Source: a virus
Taxonomy: Duplodnaviria > Caudoviricetes
Virus record (IMG/VR): IMGVR_UViG_3300032038_007781
Span: 32,001 to 96,000 of that record
Direction: 5' to 3' (one strand)
DNA: 64,000 bases
Shown: one piece after another, positions 1 through 9,721 of the stretch
Numbering within the stretch: position 1 is the stretch's first letter
How the letters are laid out: every line of letters starts with the position of its first letter
Notes under the pieces: generated by a model
The model's input: the letters and a program-made list of their open reading frames with translations, nothing else
Databases searched by the model: none
What the model was told of the DNA's origin: nothing
Made by a program: the position numbers and the translations under genes

Positions 1-224
1 AAATCAATATATGAAGTAACAAAAAAAGGAAATCTTTCATGATTTCCTTTTAAATTATCTTTATAATTTCGCATTTTCTTTTTTTTATTTTTTGAATAAT
101 TTGTATTCTTGAACGTTAGCAGAATCTATAGTATCATTTCATTCAATTGGAAGTAACATTATTTTTTATTGTATTTGAATTCCAACTGTTTTGTTGTTTG
201 TATGTCTGTACAGCAATTCATTTC

Positions 225-383
225 TTCTTTATATATTTCTTCTTTTTTTAAATATTTTATTAAATACCATGTAATATATCATGTGAATATTTTATTAAAT
301 ATCATGTAATATATAATATAATATTATTTTATTTTTTATTATTATATAAATAATATTATATAAAGAAAGAAATATATAAAGAA
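225..383. repeat. AT-rich intergenic element: 17-bp perfect inverted repeat enclosing two 29-bp direct repeats
   Basis: TTCTTTATATATTTCTT at 225-241 and its reverse complement at 367-383; AATATTTTATTAAATA(C/T)CATGTAATATAT at 251-279 and 286-314 (28/29 identical). Confidence 0.85.
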
Positions 384-405
384 AGAAAAATCTATTTAAC
401 ATTTA

Positions 406-437
406 TTTGCTTTTACCAATAATTTTATGTATATTTG
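406..437 (+). promoter_or_regulatory. Bacteroidetes primary-sigma-type promoter (-33 TTTG / -7 TAnnTTTG)
   Basis: TTTG 406-409, 20-nt spacer, TATATTTG 430-437, upstream of ATG 482. Confidence 0.75.
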
Positions 438-481
438 CATTGTATTTGGAAAAAATATTATTCAATTTTAAGTTAAAAGAT

Positions 482-1054
482 ATGACAGAAGAACTTAAAC
501 AACACAATTTTGATTTATTTATCAAGAAACTAAATCAATTAGGTATTGAAACTGACCAATTAGTTGAAACAATTGGTGAAAAACTTAAAAACGCAAGTTT
601 TTCAATTTCAAGAGAAAAAGGTGACGGACTTTGTGGTGATGGTACATTAATAGAAGTTATTCTTAAAGTACTTACAATTTTTGCAGTCAAACTTAATGGT
701 TTATTTGCTGAAGACACAAGAGTTAATCAGGAAACATTAGTTAAAGTTTGCTTATTGCACCAAATTGCAAAGGCAGTAAGACTCATTCCTAATGACAATC
801 CTTATGAGATTGAGAAACGTGGCTTAATTTACAAATATGATTCAACGCAACCTTCAATCAGAACAGGTTTACATTCTTTAGTGTTAGCCCAATCATTTGG
901 AATTAAATTCACACCTGAAGAAGCTGAAGCTATGACAATTAATGATAGGGATTTAAGTGATGACCAAGCACGTTGGCATGCAAGTCAACTTGCATCAATT
1001 GTAAGGCAAGCAAACGAAATGACATATTTACAGGCAATTAATAAAAAACGATAA
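482..1054 (+). CDS. HD-domain-like protein with degenerate metal ligands
   Basis: GTLIEVILKV...VCLLHQIAK...GLHSL...AMTIND...RQANE follows the phage HD pattern GGLxxHSLxV...LLHDxGK...HD...AD; ATG 482 preferred because the TTG 407 extension overlaps the promoter. Confidence 0.55.
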   Translation: MTEELKQHNFDLFIKKLNQLGIETDQLVETIGEKLKNASFSISREKGDGLCGDGTLIEVILKVLTIFAVKLNGLFAEDTRVNQETLVKVCLLHQIAKAVRLIPNDNPYEIEKRGLIYKYDSTQPSIRTGLHSLVLAQSFGIKFTPEEAEAMTINDRDLSDDQARWHASQLASIVRQANEMTYLQAINKKR

Positions 1055-1063
1055 AAACATTAT

Positions 1064-1693
1064 ATGAGTAGAAAAACGATTAACGTTAAGATTAAAAAAC
1101 TAGATGAAAAAGCAGTAATTCCAACATATGCACATGTAACTGATGATGGTGTTAATGAAGGTGATGTTGGTATGGATATAACAGCAATTTCTGTAGAATG
1201 GGATGAAAAAATGGATTGCTATATCTATCATACAGGGATTACATTTGAAACTGATAAAGGTTTTGGGGTTTTTATGTTTCCAAGGTCTTCAAACAGAAAA
1301 ACAGATTGCTATTTAACTAATTCAGTTGGAATTGTAGATTCTACATTATATCGTGGTGAAATCTTGTGGTGTTTCAAATCAAGAACATCAACATACCAAA
1401 GAGCTGAAACAGTTGCTAATAAGGCTTTTATGAAATCAATTGCCAAACAGTTAACTAACCCTTTCAACGTTCTAAGATTTAATAAAGTACTTAAAAAGGC
1501 AAATAATGAAGCTGAAAAGGCTAAAGAACGTATTATTGAAATGACACGTAATCTTGAATTTGCTCCATATGAGGCTGGTAAAAGAATAGGCCAAATGGTT
1601 GTTTTGCCTTATCCTGATGTTAATTTTGAGATTGTTAAAGAATTAAGTGAAACTTCCCGTGGTGAAGGTGGGCATGGTTCTACGGGAGAATAA
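1064..1693 (+). CDS. dut: trimeric dUTPase with a long insertion between motifs III and IV
   Basis: Motifs DVGMD, PRSS, GIVDSTLYRGE, RIGQ, RGEGGHGSTG. Confidence 0.93.
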   Translation: MSRKTINVKIKKLDEKAVIPTYAHVTDDGVNEGDVGMDITAISVEWDEKMDCYIYHTGITFETDKGFGVFMFPRSSNRKTDCYLTNSVGIVDSTLYRGEILWCFKSRTSTYQRAETVANKAFMKSIAKQLTNPFNVLRFNKVLKKANNEAEKAKERIIEMTRNLEFAPYEAGKRIGQMVVLPYPDVNFEIVKELSETSRGEGGHGSTGE

Positions 1694-1702
1694 TTAAATA
1701 TT

Positions 1703-2218
1703 ATGACATTAAAACAAATATTCTTAAGATTTTGCAAGAAAGAAAAAATCTACAATTCAATAGTAGTATCAGTAAATGATACTTTAAATAGAAATTTAAA
1801 AATATTAGTGAAAGTCCCTACTTCATTTGATGAAATATTTATTAGTAAAGTAAAATATTGCGGTATTAAAAATGTAATACCTGGTTTATTAGGGTTTACT
1901 TATTGTGGTGCATATTTTTATGCACAATACCCACAATATAAAAAAATAATGAGAAAGTGGCAATATTTTGTAGACAACAATATTTTACTTAATGAGCAAA
2001 CATTAAAAATTGGGGATAACATTTCACTAAGGAATTTTTTTGGTAAGGATGTCAATATTAAAATTGATAGAATTATTAATTGTATAAATGTGTCTGGATT
2101 ATCAGAAGATGGTATGCGAACTGATTGTAATGTTTTTGATATTAAAACAGTAAACGGTAAGCCTGCTAATATTAATTGGATTGTAAAACGAAATAGAAAA
2201 ATATATGGCAATAAATAA
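1703..2218 (+). CDS. hypothetical protein
   Basis: 171-aa ORF tightly packed in the operon. Confidence 0.7.
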   Translation: MTLKQIFLRFCKKEKIYNSIVVSVNDTLNRNLKILVKVPTSFDEIFISKVKYCGIKNVIPGLLGFTYCGAYFYAQYPQYKKIMRKWQYFVDNNILLNEQTLKIGDNISLRNFFGKDVNIKIDRIINCINVSGLSEDGMRTDCNVFDIKTVNGKPANINWIVKRNRKIYGNK

Positions 2219-3284
2219 AGAAGTTAAATATTGCTATAATGATATAGCAATTGTACCATCAATTGTTAGTGACATAAAACATAGAAATGAATGTTGTCCA
2301 TTTTACAATGGAATGTTACCATTATTTACTGCGCCTATGAGTAGTGTTGTTGATGAAAACAATTTTGAATTATTTGAACGTAATAAAATTAACGCAATAC
2401 TACCAAGAACGGTAAATGTTAATACAAGAGTTGAATACTCTTTAAATGGAAAATGGTCTGCATTTGGTTTAAATGAATTTGAATCTTTATTCATCAATAA
2501 GCATCAAAAATCAAACAATATTAAAATTCTAATTGATATTGCTAACGGTCATATGCATAAAATGATTGATTTGGTTAAATCATTTAAAACATTATACGCT
2601 AATACAAAAACTGAGATAATGGTAGGCAATATAGCGAACCCATTAACTTATAAAGTTTTAGCTGAAGCAGGTGCTGACTACGTTAGGATTAATATTGGAA
2701 CTGGTGCAGGTTGCATAACAAGTTCAAATACTGCAATACATTACCCAGTTGCTTCTTTAATTGATGATATTGTAAAGGTTAAAGACGAGATTAATCGAAC
2801 AAGCCCAAAAAGAAATTTACCAAAAATAATAGCAGATGGTGGCATTAGAAATTATTCTGATATTATTAAGGCGATTGCTTTAGGTGCTGATTATGCTATG
2901 ATTGGCGGACTTTTTTCTTCTTGTGTTGAGAGCTCTGCTGAGGTATGGGTAGAAGATAGTCCTAACAATTATCATAGAGCTAATCAAAACGAAATCGACA
3001 GTTATTTAGCAGGTAACGAAGAACTAAAAGGTAGATTATATAAAAAGTTTTATGGAATGGCTTCAAAAGAAGGTCAAATTGACTTAAATGGTGAAAAAAC
3101 ACACACATCTGAAGGTATTTCTAAATTTATTAAAATAAAATATAATTTACCGCAATGGACTGAAAATCTTTCTGATTATTTACGTTCAGCAATGTCATAT
3201 ACTAATTCAAGGACGTTGGATGATTTAAAAAATTCAGAAACAATTGTCATATCTAAGGCTTCTTACGAATCTATTAATAAGTAA
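2205..3284 (+). CDS. IMP dehydrogenase / GMP reductase family protein (no CBS domains)
   Basis: APMSSV, IDIANGH, GNIA, catalytic loop GTGAGCITS, IIADGGIR, ALGADYAMIG, FYGMAS, SEG, LRSAMSY. Confidence 0.9.
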   Translation: MAINKEVKYCYNDIAIVPSIVSDIKHRNECCPFYNGMLPLFTAPMSSVVDENNFELFERNKINAILPRTVNVNTRVEYSLNGKWSAFGLNEFESLFINKHQKSNNIKILIDIANGHMHKMIDLVKSFKTLYANTKTEIMVGNIANPLTYKVLAEAGADYVRINIGTGAGCITSSNTAIHYPVASLIDDIVKVKDEINRTSPKRNLPKIIADGGIRNYSDIIKAIALGADYAMIGGLFSSCVESSAEVWVEDSPNNYHRANQNEIDSYLAGNEELKGRLYKKFYGMASKEGQIDLNGEKTHTSEGISKFIKIKYNLPQWTENLSDYLRSAMSYTNSRTLDDLKNSETIVISKASYESINK

Positions 3285-3299
3285 GTAGTTACAAATTAA

Positions 3300-3339
3300 A
3301 ATACAGGTTTATCATTATTGATTTACCTGTATTTTTTTT
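3300..3339 (+). terminator. intrinsic terminator
   Basis: AATACAGGT...ACCTGTATT stem followed by a T-run. Confidence 0.75.
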
Positions 3340-3364
3340 TATTTTTTATACAAATTAAAAAAAA

Positions 3365-4054
3365 ATGGAAGACAGTATTTCAGTGGTTGTTTGTTCAAGA
3401 GAAACAAGTGATGATAAAAAAGATTTTATACAACACATGAAAAACACTTGTGGGTGTAATTCACATATATTTTTTCTGATTAATCCTGATGGGGTTGGGC
3501 TAACACAAATTTATGAAGATATGGTTAAGTCTGAAAAAGTTGAAAGCAATATTATAGTTTTTGTTCATGATGATGTTGAATTTTTAAAAGAAGGATGGGG
3601 TAAAGAAATATTAAGATTATTCAATGAACATGAAGATTATGGAATAATTGGTGTAGCAGGGTCTGCCGAATTTGATGAAAATGGCGCTTGGTGGCAGTAT
3701 GAAAAAAAATATGGTCAAGTATTGCATAGGAATAACGGAAAATCTTGGCTAACGGCATTTTCGCCATTAATTAAAAATGATTTAGAAGAAGTATGTGTAA
3801 TTGATGGTCTTTTCATGGCAATACATAAAAAAAGAATAAGTAAAAATTTTGATGCTGATATACCTGGGTTCAACTTTTATGATATTGATTTTTGCTTAGC
3901 TAACTATATTGACGGAAAAACAAAAATAGGCGTAACTACTAATATTAGAATTGCACATAATTCAGTTGGTGAGTTAAAAAATGAATGGTATATAAACAGG
4001 GATATTATAATCGAAAAATATAAAGATAATTTGCCGATTAAAATAAAAAAATAA
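3365..4054 (+). CDS. GT-A (family 2-like) glycosyltransferase
   Basis: ISVVVCS N-terminal strand, IIVFVHDDV, IIGVAG, IDGLFMA, FNFYDIDFC, IAHNS. Confidence 0.8.
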   Translation: MEDSISVVVCSRETSDDKKDFIQHMKNTCGCNSHIFFLINPDGVGLTQIYEDMVKSEKVESNIIVFVHDDVEFLKEGWGKEILRLFNEHEDYGIIGVAGSAEFDENGAWWQYEKKYGQVLHRNNGKSWLTAFSPLIKNDLEEVCVIDGLFMAIHKKRISKNFDADIPGFNFYDIDFCLANYIDGKTKIGVTTNIRIAHNSVGELKNEWYINRDIIIEKYKDNLPIKIKK

Positions 4055-4097
4055 TGGCATAGATTTTGCTAATATTAAATAAAATAAAAAAAGAATT

Positions 4098-4346
4098 ATG
4101 AATGTAGAAAAATTAAGAAAAAAGACATTAACTGAATTAATTGAATTGATGTCCGCAACTGAAGCTATGTGTGAAAGCTATGCTAAGGATTTAACAAATT
4201 ATGCGACAATGAGTGCTGACCCACAATTTCAAAGAATGGATGTCAATACGCAGCATTTATATAACGAAAGAGGTAAATTCGTGTCATTACTTAATATGCT
4301 AAGGAATATAATTAAAGAAAAACTTTTTGAAATATATGATGAATAA
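4098..4346 (+). CDS. hypothetical protein
   Basis: 82-aa helical ORF overlapping the next gene. Confidence 0.7.
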   Translation: MNVEKLRKKTLTELIELMSATEAMCESYAKDLTNYATMSADPQFQRMDVNTQHLYNERGKFVSLLNMLRNIIKEKLFEIYDE

Positions 4347-5355
4347 AATAAAAGATATTGCGTATAAGCTTTTTTACGCATTACCTTTTGGTATGAAAGC
4401 TGCCAACGAAGAAATAATGGTATCAAATTCAAGCAATGGTGATGGACAGGAAATCCAAAAAGAAGTTTCTGATGAAAGGGTTGCAAAACATTTACTAAAA
4501 GGTGAAGTAACGCAATCAGTAAAAGAATTACGTTATAGAACCTATAAAGTTGATGATGAAGCCAAAAAGTATGAATATGTTGGTAACGGGACTGTTTTGA
4601 AAAAAGAAGAAACTAAGAGAACCAATCACATTAAATTTTCACAGGAATGTAAATTAATTACGTCTGATGTGTTGGAAGAACTGAAAAGAATTGGGTCTTA
4701 TGGTGTGGAAAATTATACATTACAGATAGCATACAATAACCCTATTGTTATTTTTAAATTAGAACAATTTGCAACACAAATTGATGTGGATATAAACAAA
4801 GAAACTAATGAAATATTTACCACTTTACACTTTAGTAATATTCCTGATGGGTATAATAAAAAATCAGCACCATTCATCAATGAATTAAAAAAACTTATTA
4901 CCATTTACGAAAACACAAAATTGTTTTCTAATAGAAAAATGGTCGAAGCAGCATATGGGCATAATGAATTAGCGTCTTCTATGATAACATTAAATTTCAC
5001 AACATACAAGGCAACTAACGATGAACCAGACTTGATAGTATACGGATTTTATAATCCTTTTTTGACTAAATGCGAAGAAAGCAATGCTGAAATTAGGCTA
5101 ACATTCAATTGGGAAGGATATACAATCAATAATTTGAGAAACAAATTTTTTGATGAATCTATGGAAAAAAAATATCAGAATAAAGAGCGTAAAAACGTTT
5201 CAGTTGATATAACAGGTGGGGTGACAAGAGTTACCAAGTGTGAAATTTGTGGTGATGAAATGAATGTGTATGATGCTGATGTAACGAAATATACTTATGG
5301 AAAATGTATTTGCAAAAAATGTTTACCAGAATATTTACTTGGTCGGAATAAATAA
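4336..5355 (+). CDS. hypothetical protein with C-terminal CxxC...CxxC zinc finger
   Basis: CEICG...CICKKCL at C-terminus; ATG 4336 chosen over TTG 4327. Confidence 0.75.
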   Translation: MMNKIKDIAYKLFYALPFGMKAANEEIMVSNSSNGDGQEIQKEVSDERVAKHLLKGEVTQSVKELRYRTYKVDDEAKKYEYVGNGTVLKKEETKRTNHIKFSQECKLITSDVLEELKRIGSYGVENYTLQIAYNNPIVIFKLEQFATQIDVDINKETNEIFTTLHFSNIPDGYNKKSAPFINELKKLITIYENTKLFSNRKMVEAAYGHNELASSMITLNFTTYKATNDEPDLIVYGFYNPFLTKCEESNAEIRLTFNWEGYTINNLRNKFFDESMEKKYQNKERKNVSVDITGGVTRVTKCEICGDEMNVYDADVTKYTYGKCICKKCLPEYLLGRNK

Positions 5356-5382
5356 TATATTTTATAAGAAATAAATAATGTA

Positions 5383-6009
5383 ATGATTACTATAGCGATT
5401 GAATTAAATCACGTAATAAGGAACATAAACAAACAGTTGTTAAAATATTATCAACGAGATTATAATGAAGAACTTGACATTGAAGATATTGATGAAAAGT
5501 CTGAAAATGTTTTGAGTAAGTATATCAAATTTGATAGTAAAAAAGAATTAAATGAATTCATCTATATTGATTATCCATATGAAATTTTTGGGTGTGCTAA
5601 AGCAATGGATAAAAATCTACCAAGAGACATTACAAATTGGATGGAAGAAATGACAAATAGGGAAGATGAAGAATTTAGGGTGATTTACTATAGTCTGAAT
5701 GAAGAAGCTTTGACTATACAGTCAACATATTTTTTTCTGAGTAAATTAGGAACCAGAGTTCGTGAGATTATATTCCCTAAAAATATCGAAGAAATGTCAA
5801 ATAAATGTGATGTAATTATTTCTTCTAATGATGATGTAATTAAATGGGCTAAGAAGGATGGTAAAATACCTGTTCAAATTACAACGAATTGGAAACTTGA
5901 AAAGGATGAAACGTTTGATGCGTTAGAGGATGACATCATTTATTCAGATATGGAAAGTATTATAAATGATGAAAATTTTCTTGATAAATTAATTGAGCTT
6001 AAAAAGTAG
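5383..6009 (+). CDS. HAD-like (5'(3')-deoxyribonucleotidase-like) protein, degenerate motif I
   Basis: ITIAIELNHVIRN in place of IxIDxDxVxxD; YPYEIFG; TYFFLSK. Confidence 0.45.
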   Translation: MITIAIELNHVIRNINKQLLKYYQRDYNEELDIEDIDEKSENVLSKYIKFDSKKELNEFIYIDYPYEIFGCAKAMDKNLPRDITNWMEEMTNREDEEFRVIYYSLNEEALTIQSTYFFLSKLGTRVREIIFPKNIEEMSNKCDVIISSNDDVIKWAKKDGKIPVQITTNWKLEKDETFDALEDDIIYSDMESIINDENFLDKLIELKK

Positions 6010-6013
6010 TATA

Positions 6014-6364
6014 ATGGAAGAAAACAATAAAATTAACGAAAACTTGGTTTTCGATTTAAATGAAATTAAAAAATTTGTTTTTGAAGAAGACGTTGACCTG
6101 AACAAGACACGTGATAGTGAAATTACTGAAACTTGGGGCGTTAATGATGAAGGAAAACAGGAACTTTTAAGTAAGGTTGTTCATGAAGTTAAAGGAAGTG
6201 ATTTTTCTGGAAAACAGACTATTCGTTATGATTTGCTAAAAACATTTATGCAAACATTAGATAATATTGAATTTGATACATCAATTACGCCTATGTCACT
6301 TGGTGAAAGAATGGTATTGAATACTATGGTGAATTATGGATTAATTAAAGAAATAAATCAGTAA
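6014..6364 (+). CDS. hypothetical protein
   Basis: ORF from ATG 6014, operonic spacing. Confidence 0.75.
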   Translation: MEENNKINENLVFDLNEIKKFVFEEDVDLNKTRDSEITETWGVNDEGKQELLSKVVHEVKGSDFSGKQTIRYDLLKTFMQTLDNIEFDTSITPMSLGERMVLNTMVNYGLIKEINQ

Positions 6365-6374
6365 TAATTTTAAA

Positions 6375-7493
6375 ATGGATAAGAAAGAAGAAAAAGCTTT
6401 AAAAAGGATTAAAAGTGAAATATCAAAGATTGATAAGAAAGAAAATAACGTTTTCTTTTTCGTTCTTGATACTAAAGGTAATCCTAGTGGAAGTCTTGAA
6501 TATATATACAAATTAGCTAAAATTGCAAGTTCAGAAGGGTATAAAGTTTCAATGCTTTATCAGGAAGATAAAAATGATGAATTCGTTGGAGTAAAAGATT
6601 GGCTCGGTGAAGATTATTCAAATATTCCTCATTATAACATTGCAAAAGATGATGTAGAAATTACGCCTTCAGACATTTTGTTTATTCCTGAAATTTTTGC
6701 TAATGTAATGAACCAAACAAAGAAATTACCTTGTAAGAGAATCGCTATTTTGCAAAATTATGATTATCTTATTGAGCAAATGCCATTTGCAGCACAGTGG
6801 GGTGATTTTGGTATTATGGAAGCTATTACAAATACAAATCATAACGCAGAACTTTTGAAGGATATTTTTCCATACGTAAAGACTAAAGTAATTACACCAT
6901 ATGTTGATAAAATGTTTGGGAATACAATCGCACCAAAAAAGATGATTGTTAATATTGTTGCTTCTGACCAATCTGATATCAATAGAATTGTTAAACCATT
7001 TTACTGGAAATACCCATCATTTAAATGGGTTTCGTTCAGAGATTTGAGAGGCTTGCCAAAAGAACAGTTCGCACAATCTTTGCGAGATAGTGCTATCACA
7101 ATTTGGATTGATAATGACACAAGTTTTGGGTATAGCGCACTTGAAGCAGTTAAAAGTGGGTCTATTGTGATTGCTAAAATACCTGATGCACCATTGGATT
7201 GGATGTATGATGATGATGGTAATAGTGTTGGAAATTTAAGAAATTCATGCATTTGGTTTGACGATATAAAGAACGTTCAAAAGGTAATAGCAAGTGCAGT
7301 ACGTTCTTGGCTCACTGATACTGTGCCTTCTAAGATTTACGATGAAGTTAAAAAAGTTAATGAACTTTATCCTTATGAAGCAACGAAGAAAGAATTTACA
7401 GAATACCTTGATGGCGTTATTTCAAACAGGAAAGCTGAAATGGAACAACTTGTTAAAGTTGTTGAGGATAAAAATGCTAAAGCCGAAAAATAA
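6375..7493 (+). CDS. GT-B (family 4-like) glycosyltransferase
   Basis: DILFIPE, IAILQNY, WIDNDTSFGYSALEAVKSG (ExFGxxxxEA-like). Confidence 0.7.
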   Translation: MDKKEEKALKRIKSEISKIDKKENNVFFFVLDTKGNPSGSLEYIYKLAKIASSEGYKVSMLYQEDKNDEFVGVKDWLGEDYSNIPHYNIAKDDVEITPSDILFIPEIFANVMNQTKKLPCKRIAILQNYDYLIEQMPFAAQWGDFGIMEAITNTNHNAELLKDIFPYVKTKVITPYVDKMFGNTIAPKKMIVNIVASDQSDINRIVKPFYWKYPSFKWVSFRDLRGLPKEQFAQSLRDSAITIWIDNDTSFGYSALEAVKSGSIVIAKIPDAPLDWMYDDDGNSVGNLRNSCIWFDDIKNVQKVIASAVRSWLTDTVPSKIYDEVKKVNELYPYEATKKEFTEYLDGVISNRKAEMEQLVKVVEDKNAKAEK

Positions 7494-7576
7494 TGGAGAA
7501 ATATACATGCAGTGAAATTTTAGGCAGTTACGAACCAAATAATGAGGATTGCATTGTATTAATTAATAATTTTTAA
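7493..7576 (+). CDS. possible 27-aa small protein MEKYTCSEILGSYEPNNEDCIVLINNF
   Basis: ATG overlaps the upstream stop (TAATG) and the ORF fills the gap between two GT genes. Confidence 0.35.
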   Translation: MEKYTCSEILGSYEPNNEDCIVLINNF

Positions 7577-7590
7577 TAGAGACTAAAAAA

Positions 7591-8355
7591 ATGAGTGAAA
7601 TATTAGTTATTTTGCCTTTACATAAATTTGATGAAGAAGTTAAACCATTGCTTGAAGATGCAATTAAATCTGTCCCAAATGATTTTGATATTGTAGTTTC
7701 AACAAATGACACTTATTCTGATGAAATTACTAAGGCAGTAGCGGATTATAAGAACGTAAAAGTATTATCAAATGGCGATGTTACTAATTTTCAGACATTG
7801 GTTAACAATGCAGTAGATGAAAATTATAAGTGGTTTACTATTCTTGAATATGATGATGAATATACACCAATTTGGTTTGATAATGCTAAGAAGTATATTG
7901 ATAATGAGCCTACTGTTAGTGTTTTTATGCCACTTGAAGATTTGGTGGATTTCAACACTAAAGAATATGCTGGTTTTGGTAATGAAGCGCCTTGGGCATC
8001 AAGTTTTAGTAATGAAATTGGCTATATTGATTTAGACTGTTTACAAAACTTTTTTGAGTTTTATTTAACAGGTTCTGTATTTAATACCGCAGATTGGAAA
8101 GAAATTGGTGGACTAAAGTCAAATATCGAAATTTACTTTTGGTATGAATTCCTTTTAAGGGCAACTAATAAAGGCAAGAAAGTATTTGTCATTCCAAAGG
8201 TTGGATATGTTCATTATCTTGGAAGAAAGGATTCTTTGATTGAATCTTACAGAAATACTGTTACTGATGATGAAGTAAAGTATTGGATGGGAATTGCTAA
8301 AAAGGAGTATTTCTTCAAAGAAAGAGAAATATCGCCTTATAACAAAGAAAACTAA
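7591..8355 (+). CDS. GT-A (family 2) glycosyltransferase
   Basis: ILVILPLH, AIKSV, ILEYDDEY (DxD-like), IGGLK, WYEFLLR, GYVH. Confidence 0.8.
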   Translation: MSEILVILPLHKFDEEVKPLLEDAIKSVPNDFDIVVSTNDTYSDEITKAVADYKNVKVLSNGDVTNFQTLVNNAVDENYKWFTILEYDDEYTPIWFDNAKKYIDNEPTVSVFMPLEDLVDFNTKEYAGFGNEAPWASSFSNEIGYIDLDCLQNFFEFYLTGSVFNTADWKEIGGLKSNIEIYFWYEFLLRATNKGKKVFVIPKVGYVHYLGRKDSLIESYRNTVTDDEVKYWMGIAKKEYFFKEREISPYNKEN

Positions 8356-8382
8356 AATAATTGAGTTTTAAATGATTTATAT

Positions 8383-8418
8383 AATGGCGTTAATTGTAAT
8401 GGTTAACGTCATTTTTTT
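8383..8418 (+). terminator. intrinsic terminator
   Basis: ATGGCGTTAA...TTAACGTCAT stem plus T-run. Confidence 0.75.
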
Positions 8419-8572
8419 ATACATCAAAATAGCAACACGGAGATTTTTGAAAAAAAATGTGAAAGAAAGTGCGTTGAAATTACGTAGAATTTTGCCTTTG
8501 ATGATATTTAGTATAAAAAAATAACTTATTTAGACGTTCCATCTAAATATAAATACAAAGACAAAATTAAAA

Positions 8573-9298
8573 ATGGGTCGTAGAGGTCGTAAACCTTCAA
8601 AAAATAAAAATTATTTTGGCTTGGAGCAGGAACAAGCTATTAAAGATTATTTGAAAGCGGAAACAAAGGAAGAAAAAGATAAAATCTTTAATGAATGGTT
8701 AGAGCCAGCTCTAACTAAAATGGTGGAATCAATTATAAGAAGATATAATCTTTATCCACCTGATGAAGAATTCAAAGAAACATTTGATGACACAATTTCT
8801 TTTTTGATGACTAAGATTAATAATTTTAAACCTGATGTTGGGTATAAAGCTTATTCATACTGTGGTACAATTTGCAAAAATTATTTGATATATAAAATTA
8901 ATCAATTTAATAAAAATCAAAAAAGGAATGATAGGTATGACGTAATGCAAAACGATATCATTGATAATATTAAGTTTTCCTATTCAGATGAAACAACAAA
9001 TTTAGCATTTTTAAATGAGTTAATGAGAAAGACCATTAAAGAAATTTATGGAATTATAGAAGATAGGGATATTTTAAAACTTAATGATGATGAAATAAAG
9101 GTAGGACAAGCGCTTATTGAATTAATGACTAACTGGGAAGATTTATTTGCACAAATGGGTAGTAATAAATTCAATAAAAGTTCTATTTTATTGTTTCTTA
9201 AAGAAACAACATTGCTTAATACCAAACAAATTAGAGATGGTATGCGAAAGTATAAAGCAGCGTATTATGGCTTAAAAAAAGTAATGATAAATGAATAA
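8573..9298 (+). CDS. gp55-like late-transcription sigma factor
   Basis: KNYF...EQAIKDY N-terminus and KAYSYCGTICKNYLI region-2-like segment parallel T4 gp55 (NYVNNKE.../AYxTxxxxNAF); lies immediately before structural genes. Confidence 0.65.
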   Translation: MGRRGRKPSKNKNYFGLEQEQAIKDYLKAETKEEKDKIFNEWLEPALTKMVESIIRRYNLYPPDEEFKETFDDTISFLMTKINNFKPDVGYKAYSYCGTICKNYLIYKINQFNKNQKRNDRYDVMQNDIIDNIKFSYSDETTNLAFLNELMRKTIKEIYGIIEDRDILKLNDDEIKVGQALIELMTNWEDLFAQMGSNKFNKSSILLFLKETTLLNTKQIRDGMRKYKAAYYGLKKVMINE

Positions 9299-9303
9299 AC
9301 TAA

Positions 9304-9315
9304 TATTTATTTATA
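9304..9315 (+). promoter_or_regulatory. putative late promoter TATTTAT(A/T)
   Basis: Overlapping TATTTATT/TATTTATA 10-14 nt before ATG 9326; the motif recurs before most structural genes. Confidence 0.6.
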
Positions 9316-9325
9316 AATTATAAAT

Positions 9326-9721
9326 ATGGCAAAATTTAAAGTTGAGTTAAATAGTTCCAATAATATTCGTGAATTGTTACAGGAAACGTATAGATTAGCT
9401 GACCAACAACTTATTCAAGCGCAAGATGAAATGAATAAATTGGCAAACGCTACACGTTTACAAGACGAAGTAATGGACAGTAAACAAAAGTATTCTAAAG
9501 CTATGAATGATTATATGGCAATCAAAGACAAAGCTATTAGAACAAAATTGGATATTGCCAAATTAATGACTGAAATTATGAATCACAACGGCAATGTCAA
9601 AGAAGCAGTTGAATCTGGGGCTGCAAGTGTAGGTACATTTGACATGAAAAAGATTAGGCAAATGGTAAGTGAATCATACGAAGAACCAGATAAAACTAAA
9701 ACAATAGAACTTAAGAAGTAA
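9326..9721 (+). CDS. hypothetical coiled-coil protein (late operon)
   Basis: 131-aa ORF, TAATG-coupled to the next gene. Confidence 0.8.
   Translation: MAKFKVELNSSNNIRELLQETYRLADQQLIQAQDEMNKLANATRLQDEVMDSKQKYSKAMNDYMAIKDKAIRTKLDIAKLMTEIMNHNGNVKEAVESGAASVGTFDMKKIRQMVSESYEEPDKTKTIELKK

Noticed and set aside
8420-8550. Structured ncRNA or riboswitch upstream of the sigma gene
   Set aside because: Only short pairings (CATCAAA/TTTGATG and a TATTTAGA/TCTAAATA hairpin) in AT-rich sequence; no recognisable family and covariation cannot be tested here.
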